Shown: one piece after another, positions 1 to 5,759 of the stretch
How the letters are laid out: each line of letters begins with the position of its first letter
Position numbering within the stretch: position 1 is the stretch's first letter
Source of the DNA: an archaeon
GTDB lineage: Archaea > Asgardarchaeota > Thorarchaeia > Thorarchaeales > Thorarchaeaceae
Direction of reading: 5' to 3'
Assembly: GCA_024275415.1 (NCBI GenBank)
Contig: JAJRZD010000079.1
Coordinates: 1-5,937 of the forward strand
Length of the DNA: 5,937 bases
Notes under the pieces: model-generated
The model's input: only the letters and a program-made list of their open reading frames with translations
Databases searched by the model: none
What the model was told of the DNA's origin: nothing
Position numbers and translations under genes: made by a program

Positions 1-216
1 AACACACCAATTACTAGCCATTCATTGAAATCTGTATAACCTTGGACACCAGAGTGTTGTGCTCCTATGGAACGACACGAGGTGACTCTACGGTATTATG
101 GTCTGTATCTTCGATGCATCTCCACACCCGATTTCATAAAGCCGATTACTCGGAATCCATGAGTGAAATAGTGAATAATGAACTCTGAGTATGTATCTTG
201 TGAGGGTGTGGTAAAA

Positions 217-1287
217 ATGAAACTTATGAAAGCTGCTCCAAGTGTTCGGGGATATGTGCAGTCACTTATGCACTTCTCAGAGGCAAACGTTCTGGTTGAT
301 GTGTTTCTCAGGTCGTATCCATTAGGTTCTGAGATGCCAAAGGAGCTGCGTGAGAACACCCGATGCGTACGGATAATCCAAGTGTCAGAGAATTGCCTTG
401 CACTGGGCCCCAAGAAGCCCTTTGTCACTATGATACTCCCTCTTGAGGAGGTTTCTGCGGTGGTATTATCCTCGGAACTGTCTCGTCCCGATGAAGATGA
501 GATAGACCGGCTGATTGAGGCGGAATGCCCAACGTGGGAACGCGATTTCGCATCTACTATTGAATCGAGAGGAGTCAGACAGATGAGGACAAACCGAGGG
601 CGGGACATTACAGAACTGGACGAAGCATCCTTTTGGAACAAGGCTATGAGTGCCAAATATGCGGTCGTGGATATCTATGCACCGTGGTGTCAGCCCTGCA
701 AGGAGGTCGCTGCAATACTGGACGAGATGGCTGACAAGTTTGGCGACCGCGTGTTCTTCGCTAAACTAGACGGGGATGAACATGAGAAGTTGATCGATGA
801 TTTGAACGTCACTGCATATCCTACTGTACTCCTCATTGAGAACGGGGAGGTAAAGCAGAAGATCGAAGGTGCTCGGAGTCTAAAGAAGTACATACGCGAG
901 ATTGAGATACTTCTTGGATTTCGCAAGAGAGGGAAAATCCGTAACAAGATTGCAAATGGAAAGGTGAATGTCCTGAGTGCGGACACCCTTGTGGAGTATG
1001 TCGAGGACTCGACCGCATCTCTTATCCTGTTCTACAGGAAAGACGACCACGAGTGTAAGTTACAGATCCGAGCCATGCGAGAGCTGGCGCCCAAGTACAA
1101 ACATCGTGTGCTGTTTGCCAAGGCGGATGTGAAAGCTGAGAAGGAATTAGCGGAACTCTTCGAAGTCAAGGGAACTCCTGAACTGTATCTGGTGATGGAT
1201 GGCGATGTGTTTGGCTATGCAGAGAGTCGCATGACTAAATCCGAACTCCGTGATGCGATTGAGCATCTACTTGAGGAGCTTAACTAG
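217..1287 (+). CDS. Multidomain thioredoxin-family protein: ~130-aa N-terminal domain of unknown function + active Trx domain (WCQPC) + degenerate Trx domain (DHEC)
   Basis: Trx1 ~607-915: VVDIYAPWCQPCK (WCQPC at 685-699), FAKLDGD, cis-Pro loop AYPT. Trx2 ~964-1284: LILFYRKDDHECK (DHEC at 1045-1056), FAKADV, GTPE. The ORF track starts at 178; ATG 217 is preferred because GAGGGTG (202-208) lies 8 nt upstream. Confidence 0.9.
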   Translation: MKLMKAAPSVRGYVQSLMHFSEANVLVDVFLRSYPLGSEMPKELRENTRCVRIIQVSENCLALGPKKPFVTMILPLEEVSAVVLSSELSRPDEDEIDRLIEAECPTWERDFASTIESRGVRQMRTNRGRDITELDEASFWNKAMSAKYAVVDIYAPWCQPCKEVAAILDEMADKFGDRVFFAKLDGDEHEKLIDDLNVTAYPTVLLIENGEVKQKIEGARSLKKYIREIEILLGFRKRGKIRNKIANGKVNVLSADTLVEYVEDSTASLILFYRKDDHECKLQIRAMRELAPKYKHRVLFAKADVKAEKELAELFEVKGTPELYLVMDGDVFGYAESRMTKSELRDAIEHLLEELN

Positions 1288-1368
1288 AAGTACCAGACAG
1301 TCCTACCATCTCTAGGGATGTGTTAATGTTCGATCCTAAGAGATTGCACCAATGCTGAGATGATATCG

Positions 1369-1373
1369 TTTTT
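1369..1373 (+). terminator. Short oligo-T tract, possible archaeal-type terminator of the thioredoxin gene
   Basis: TTTTT about 80 nt after the stop codon. Short T tracts arise by chance, so support is weak. Confidence 0.2.
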
Positions 1374-1378
1374 GCTTG

Positions 1379-1418
1379 GGAAATCTTATACGTTCTCACG
1401 ATTGCGGTTGTTCAGGAG
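1379..1418 (+). promoter_or_regulatory. Candidate BRE/TATA-like element and SD site for the ABC ATPase remnant
   Basis: GGAAATCTTATAC at 1379-1391; AGGAG at 1414-1418 lies 6 nt before TTG 1425. The SD is better supported than the promoter. Confidence 0.4.
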
Positions 1419-1424
1419 ATACCA

Positions 1425-1568
1425 TTGGTAGAAAGAGCACTACACGCACAAAACGTTACTAAGACATTCGGTAGGTTAAAGGCAGTCGATGGTGTTTCCC
1501 TAGAAGTCAATCAGGGTGAGATTCTGGGACTGGTCGGGAACGTGACACTGGCACACTCCGACGGCTGA
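1425..1568 (+). pseudogene. 5' remnant of an ABC transporter ATP-binding subunit, truncated inside Walker A
   Basis: Manual translation, not in the ORF track: (M)VERALHAQNVTKTFGRLKAVDGVSLEVNQGEILGLVG (1425-1538), the standard ABC ATPase N-terminus. The expected xNGAGKT is replaced by NVTLAHSDG-stop (TGA 1566-1568), which is permease DNA read out of frame. Confidence 0.88.
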
Positions 1569-2056
1569 TCGTGGCTTCAGCATCTCCTAGAGCGCTATTG
1601 TTAGGGGAATATCTCTACAATCTGACACTCATATTTGCCTCTGCTGCTTTCGTACTTGTCACAGGTGTGCTTGTGTTCAATGTGTCACTCAACTGGGACA
1701 TCCTTGCGCTGGTTGTCTTGACGTTGCTCGTGTCTATGAGCGCAATCGGGCCCGGACTGATCATATCAGGCTTCACAAAGGACGCTGAAACTGCAGGGTC
1801 CATCCAGACTGTCCTCGCTATCCCGTTGCAATTCTTCACAGGCAGTTTCTTCCCGTTGTTCCTGCTTCCTGAAGTGGGTCAGGCATTCGCCCTAGTACTG
1901 CCTTATACACAGTACTCCCTTGCTGTCAGCAACATCATGGTCAACGGTCTCACGCTTGCAGATGTGTGGGCAAATGTCATCTACGTTACTGTCACAGGCA
2001 TAGCCCTGATGATACTTGGGATTCTCGCTTACTCTAGAACCCTCCGGAAACTGTAA
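1535..2056 (+). pseudogene. 3' remnant of an ABC-2 type exporter permease
   Basis: The frame upstream of GTG 1571 reads RERDTGTLRRLIVAS..ALLLGEYL, the conserved ABC-2 permease cytoplasmic loop. Hydrophobic helices follow, with FFTGSFFP and LPYTQY motifs. An in-frame TGA at 1517-1519 and ATPase sequence upstream show the N-terminal part is missing. Confidence 0.85.
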
Positions 2057-2233
2057 GCATCGTAAGGGAAGTACATTGCCGTATCTGACGGAATCGAGGC
2101 TGCTGACCATGCGGATACTCGGTTCGTGGGGTCGGAGCCTCGCAATAGTGTCGGGCACCTGCTTGAGAAACTTGCACTCTTATCAAAGAACTTTTCAGGC
2201 GGGGAGGCAATCATAGAAGGGAGGCTTCGTCCC

Positions 2234-2488
2234 TTGAGCGAAAGGAAAAGGATCGGCAAGATAACGCGCTATTTCCACAAGATCGGCGTTGCAGCGATAA
2301 TGTTAGAGGATTCCCTGAAGGTCGGCACCAAGATTCACATCGAAGGTGCCACGACAAACTTCGAGCAGGAAGTCGCTTCGATGCAGGTGGATCGCGTAGA
2401 AGTCGAAGAAGGAAAATCTGGACAGGAGATCGCAATAAAGGTCAAGGACCGTGTCCGTGAGAATGACATTGTGTACCTTGCTGAGTGA
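2234..2488 (+). CDS. Small stand-alone beta-barrel protein (84 aa), EF-Tu domain II / U32 peptidase C-terminal domain-like ('translation elongation factor-like protein')
   Basis: RIGKITRYFHKIGVAAIML..LKVGTKIHIEGATTNFEQEVASMQVD..EVEEGKSGQEIAIKVKDRVRENDIVY matches the family pattern G.V.HYF.KIGVA...L..GD.I.I.G.TT.F.Q.V.SMQ. TTG 2234 is preferred over the track start 2126 because GGGAGG (2219-2224) lies 9 nt upstream and similarity begins there. Confidence 0.85.
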   Translation: MSERKRIGKITRYFHKIGVAAIMLEDSLKVGTKIHIEGATTNFEQEVASMQVDRVEVEEGKSGQEIAIKVKDRVRENDIVYLAE

Positions 2489-2673
2489 GTCTGTGGTTTC
2501 ATCGCACAATACCCAAATCAATTTCAGGTACAGTGGGTTAATCACATTCAAGGTAGACAAAGATTCTGACATTCGGTACCTTTCAACGGCGTGTCGCGAT
2601 ACACTGTCGACCTTTACGAAAAATAATCCAGTCAATCTAATAATTGGAATAATATGAACACTGGACCAAATTT

Positions 2674-2706
2674 CGAAAGGCTAATAATACAATTTGCAGG
2701 TATTAT
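2674..2706 (+). promoter_or_regulatory. Candidate BRE/TATA (CGAAAGGCTAATAAT) overlapped by the inverted repeat ATAATAC-N9-GTATTAT; putative promoter/operator of the downstream operon
   Basis: Perfect 7-bp inverted repeat at 2684-2690 and 2700-2706. CGAAA at 2674-2678 precedes the AT-rich box. Function is inferred. Confidence 0.4.
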
Positions 2707-2840
2707 CATGGAAGTAAACAGAGGAAACGAATCTGTCCGAGCTTTGACAACAGATCATCAGAATGCGATGGCCTAGCTTTGGATGTCGTACTCATCGGGG
2801 CCATCCACGATGACCATACTCACGAACAACACTTCTGAGC

Positions 2841-2846
2841 AGGTGA
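2841..2846 (+). promoter_or_regulatory. Shine-Dalgarno site (AGGTGA) of the opine dehydrogenase gene
   Basis: AGGTGA 5 nt upstream of ATG 2852, complementary to the 16S rRNA 3' end (archaeal-type GGAGGTGA core). Confidence 0.7.
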
Positions 2847-2851
2847 TACTC

Positions 2852-4036
2852 ATGACTTTGGAAAACACGAACGAGATGACACCAGATATCCTAAAAGTCG
2901 CAGTTATTGGCGCTGGACATGCTGGTAGAGGACTCGCCAGCTACTTGTCGATATACGGGATTGATGTCACACTATTCAATCGCACCTTCGCAAATATCCG
3001 TGCGATTCGCGAGAATGGAGGCATTAGAGTGTGTGGCATGTATGACACCTTTGCAGAGATCACGCTCATCACGAATAACATTAGAGCTGCAATCAATGAC
3101 TGTCAACTGATAGTAGTCACAGTGCCTGCACACACCCATTCATACTACGCCAGGATAATGGCACCTCACTTGCAGTCAGGTCAAGTGGTGTTGCTGATGC
3201 CCGGACGCACAGGAGGCGCTCTAGAGTTCATGAACACCATCAGTTACTCCTCGATAACACGAGATGTGTTGGTCGCCGAGGCTGAAACCTACAGCTTTGT
3301 ATCCCGCATGGTAGATGAAGAAACCGTTCTGCTGTCGAAGATAAAGACCAGCGTTGAGGTCAGCGCATTTCCCGCGATAAGAAACAAGGAACTCTTGCAG
3401 GCACTAAAGCCACTTCCATTGAACATCAAGCTGGCAGAAACCGTTCTAGAAACGAGTTTCAATAATATTGGGGCGATGTTACATCCCACTCCCACTATTC
3501 TGAGTGCGGGACTTCTCGAATCGAGGGGTGGTGGATACAATCACTATCATGATGCGATCTCTCCGACAGTTGGCAGATTATTGGAAAAGATGGACGCTGA
3601 GAGAGTGCGTGTGGCCCGTGAATTTGATACCAATCCGATAACCCTTATCGAATGGCTTACCTCTTCATACGGAGCAAGAGGCACCACACTCTGCGAGTGT
3701 ATCAAGAGCATCGATGCGTACGACAACGTTGGGAGCCCTTCATCCCTGGATCATCGCTATGTGCTTGAGGATGTGCCAACCGGATTGGTTCCTATCTCGT
3801 ATTTCGGCAAGCTTGCGGGCATTGACACTCCAACAATCGATACGGTCATCGATATGGCGTGCCACCTGTATGATATCGATTTCTGGGTCGAAGGCAGGAA
3901 TATTGAGAGTCTTGGCCTTGGCGGACTGAGCCCGCTGGATGTGTTGCATTATGTCAAGACTGGCGAGTTGCCTGAAGACATGACCGTGGAACAACCTCTT
4001 CCAGATATCTTTGGGCTGGAGGTTGATGAGATATGA
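2852..4036 (+). CDS. NAD/NADP-dependent opine dehydrogenase (octopine/nopaline dehydrogenase family), 394 aa; substrate unknown
   Basis: Rossmann motif KVAVIGAGHAG (GxGxxG at 2909-2926); MPGRTGGALEF; N-x-G-x-x-L-H-P (His at 3482-3484); RYVLEDVPTGLVP (3755-3793, family signature with the catalytic Asp). The track start 2783 has no evident SD; 2852 does. Confidence 0.92.
   Translation: MTLENTNEMTPDILKVAVIGAGHAGRGLASYLSIYGIDVTLFNRTFANIRAIRENGGIRVCGMYDTFAEITLITNNIRAAINDCQLIVVTVPAHTHSYYARIMAPHLQSGQVVLLMPGRTGGALEFMNTISYSSITRDVLVAEAETYSFVSRMVDEETVLLSKIKTSVEVSAFPAIRNKELLQALKPLPLNIKLAETVLETSFNNIGAMLHPTPTILSAGLLESRGGGYNHYHDAISPTVGRLLEKMDAERVRVAREFDTNPITLIEWLTSSYGARGTTLCECIKSIDAYDNVGSPSSLDHRYVLEDVPTGLVPISYFGKLAGIDTPTIDTVIDMACHLYDIDFWVEGRNIESLGLGGLSPLDVLHYVKTGELPEDMTVEQPLPDIFGLEVDEI
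4018..4036 (+). promoter_or_regulatory. Internal SD (GGAGGT) and ATGA start/stop overlap coupling the two operon genes
   Basis: GGAGGT at 4018-4023, 9 nt before ATG 4033; ATG 4033-4035 overlaps TGA 4034-4036. Confidence 0.8.
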
Positions 4037-5736
4037 AGATTCTCGGTGCTGCAATAGGTGCATGTGTGCATGTCGCTGGAGTCTTCCGGTTCCTCAGTCT
4101 GGCTGAGGATGAAGGTCATGAGACCATCTTTCTAGGGCCGGCAGTCCCGATTGGGCGACTGATAGAGGAGGTCTTAAAGCATGACCCTGATGTTGTCGGG
4201 GTCAGCTATCGTCTGACAGAAGCAAGTGCTGAGAATCTACTTGCTGAACTGCATGAGGCAGTACGAGCAAACGGTCTTGAAGGAAAGCGATGGGTCTTGG
4301 GTTGTACTGCTCCCATCAGACCTATTGCGGAACGCTTGGGATTGTTCCAAGAGATATTCACTGGGTTCTCGACTGATGATGACACATTGTCTTTCCTGAG
4401 AGGGAGGACTCGTGAGCACAGTATTGACCAGCCACCGCAGGATCTGCTGACGCGAATTGCCATGAAGTGCCCCGTCCCGCTCATTCGCCATCACTTTGGA
4501 CTTCCTTCATTCGAAGAGACCGTCGCAGGGGTGGCAAAGATTGCTGACGCATCGGTTCTCGATGTCATCTCCCTTGGGCCTGATCAGAATGCGCAGGAGG
4601 CATTCTTTCGGCCAGACGAGATGGACTTTGCGCGGACAGGCGACGGTGGAGTGCCCTTGCGAAGGAAAGAGGATCTTGAGGAGATATACAAGTCCTCACG
4701 ACGTGGCAATTTCCCGTTGCTCAGGTGTTACAGTGGGACCCGTGACCTGCTCTCATGGGCTAGGATGCTGAAGGACACCATAGACAATGCGTGGTGTGCT
4801 ACACCCTTGTTATGGTACAGCGAGCTTGATGGTAGGAGTAAGAGACCTCTCGAACAGGCGATAGTCGAGAATGTGGAGAACCACCGATGGCATGGGCAGC
4901 ATGATATCCCTGTCGAGATTAATGAGTCGCATCACTGGAGCCTGAGAAGCGCTCATGACACAATCGCTGTGACCATGGCGTATCTCTCAGCATACAACGC
5001 CAAGATGAGCGGAGTGCGACATTATGTTGCCCAGTATATGCTGAACACCCCACTGGGTACTTCACCCAAGATGGACTTGGCAAAGATGCTTGCGAAGATC
5101 GAGCTCATTGAGTCCCTCCATGACCACAGCTTTGAAACATTTCGTCAGGTTCGCCCAGGCCTGTTCTCCTATCCTCCCGACCTCGACTTTGGGAAGGGGC
5201 AGTTGGCATCTTCCATCTACACGGGGATGATGTTGAAACCACACATTGTGCATGTTGTGGGATACTGTGAGGCTGATCACGCAGCGACTGCTGATGAAAT
5301 CATCGAGAGCTGCAAGATTGCTCGGCGGGTCATCCATGATTGTCTACAAGGGCTTCCTGACCCTCTTGCTGACAAAGAGATCGTCCAGCGGAAGAACCTG
5401 CTCATCAGCGAGGCACAAGTACTCATCAAAGGACTGTGCTTGTTGAATGAATCTAGCACCACGAATCCCCTTACAGACCCAAGGACATATGTTCTGGCTG
5501 TGGAGAAAGGTGTCTTGGATGCCCCACATCTAAGGAACAGTCCCATAGCGAAGGGCGAACTTGAAACAAGGATGATCAATGGAGCATGTGTCGCTATAGA
5601 CCCGGACGATGGGGAGCCGATTGACGAAAAGACTCGATTGGAACGATTGGGACTTGATTTGGAACAAAACCTCAAGACCGATATGCCTTTCATTCGTATT
5701 CCAAGCATCAGACATCAAGTTGATGAGTATCGTTGA
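4033..5736 (+). CDS. Single-chain cobalamin-dependent protein (567 aa): N-terminal B12-binding domain fused to a glutamate mutase E-like TIM barrel; probable AdoCbl radical enzyme of unknown substrate
   Basis: Residues ~1-125 carry base-off/His-on hallmarks: CVHVAG (DxHxxG variant, 4063-4080), FLG, VVGVSYRL, VLGC. In the remainder, HHFGLPS..DVISLGPDQ, DGGVP, YSGTRD, INE, AKMSGVRHYVAQY and GYCEADHAAT parallel the barrel strands of GlmE (by-eye comparison from memory). The B12 domain is firmer than the barrel assignment. Confidence 0.8.
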   Translation: MKILGAAIGACVHVAGVFRFLSLAEDEGHETIFLGPAVPIGRLIEEVLKHDPDVVGVSYRLTEASAENLLAELHEAVRANGLEGKRWVLGCTAPIRPIAERLGLFQEIFTGFSTDDDTLSFLRGRTREHSIDQPPQDLLTRIAMKCPVPLIRHHFGLPSFEETVAGVAKIADASVLDVISLGPDQNAQEAFFRPDEMDFARTGDGGVPLRRKEDLEEIYKSSRRGNFPLLRCYSGTRDLLSWARMLKDTIDNAWCATPLLWYSELDGRSKRPLEQAIVENVENHRWHGQHDIPVEINESHHWSLRSAHDTIAVTMAYLSAYNAKMSGVRHYVAQYMLNTPLGTSPKMDLAKMLAKIELIESLHDHSFETFRQVRPGLFSYPPDLDFGKGQLASSIYTGMMLKPHIVHVVGYCEADHAATADEIIESCKIARRVIHDCLQGLPDPLADKEIVQRKNLLISEAQVLIKGLCLLNESSTTNPLTDPRTYVLAVEKGVLDAPHLRNSPIAKGELETRMINGACVAIDPDDGEPIDEKTRLERLGLDLEQNLKTDMPFIRIPSIRHQVDEYR

Positions 5737-5759
5737 AGGGCATCGGCTTTATTGCTCTC

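Noticed and set aside
67-162. 31-codon plus-strand ORF (MERHEVTLRYYG...)
   Set aside because: No clear SD and no recognisable similarity; cannot be distinguished from chance.
96-656. 186-aa minus-strand ORF
   Set aside because: Ser-rich antisense shadow of the thioredoxin gene with no recognisable motif.
1533-1568. Programmed frameshift producing a functional ATPase-permease fusion
   Set aside because: No slippery run at the junction, and the fusion would lack the Walker A lysine, Walker B and the signature motif.
1571-2056. Treating the 161-aa ORF as an intact small membrane protein
   Set aside because: The conserved RERxxGTLRRL loop continues upstream of the GTG and is cut off by ATPase sequence, so it is a fragment.
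2095-2210. tRNA, SECIS or TPP riboswitch identity for the structured region
   Set aside because: GGTTCG (2121-2126) lacks the rest of a T-arm and a cloverleaf. The UGA/GA elements cannot form a SECIS core with a proper upper stem, and no Sec ORF is nearby. TGAGA (2164-2168) is present but the TPP ACCUGAU/UAAU elements are not.
2126-2233. 36-aa N-terminal extension of the small barrel protein from the ORF track
   Set aside because: Family similarity begins near 2234, where an SD-preceded TTG exists.
2303-2657. ORFs 2303-2635 (-) and 2451-2657 (+)
   Set aside because: Both overlap the real gene, run into AT-rich intergenic DNA and show no motifs.
2489-2851. Cobalamin riboswitch upstream of the B12 enzyme operon
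   Set aside because: None of the B12-box elements (AGGGAA, GCCACTG, GGGAAG, AGCC-AGA-CC) are present.
4033-5736. Annotation as methionine synthase, methyltransferase corrinoid protein, B12-radical SAM or lysine/ornithine aminomutase
   Set aside because: No four-helix cap before the B12 domain, no pterin, homocysteine or SAM-activation domains, no CxxxCxxC motif, and no recognisable PLP-lysine motif of the aminomutases. The C-terminal region resembles GlmE instead.
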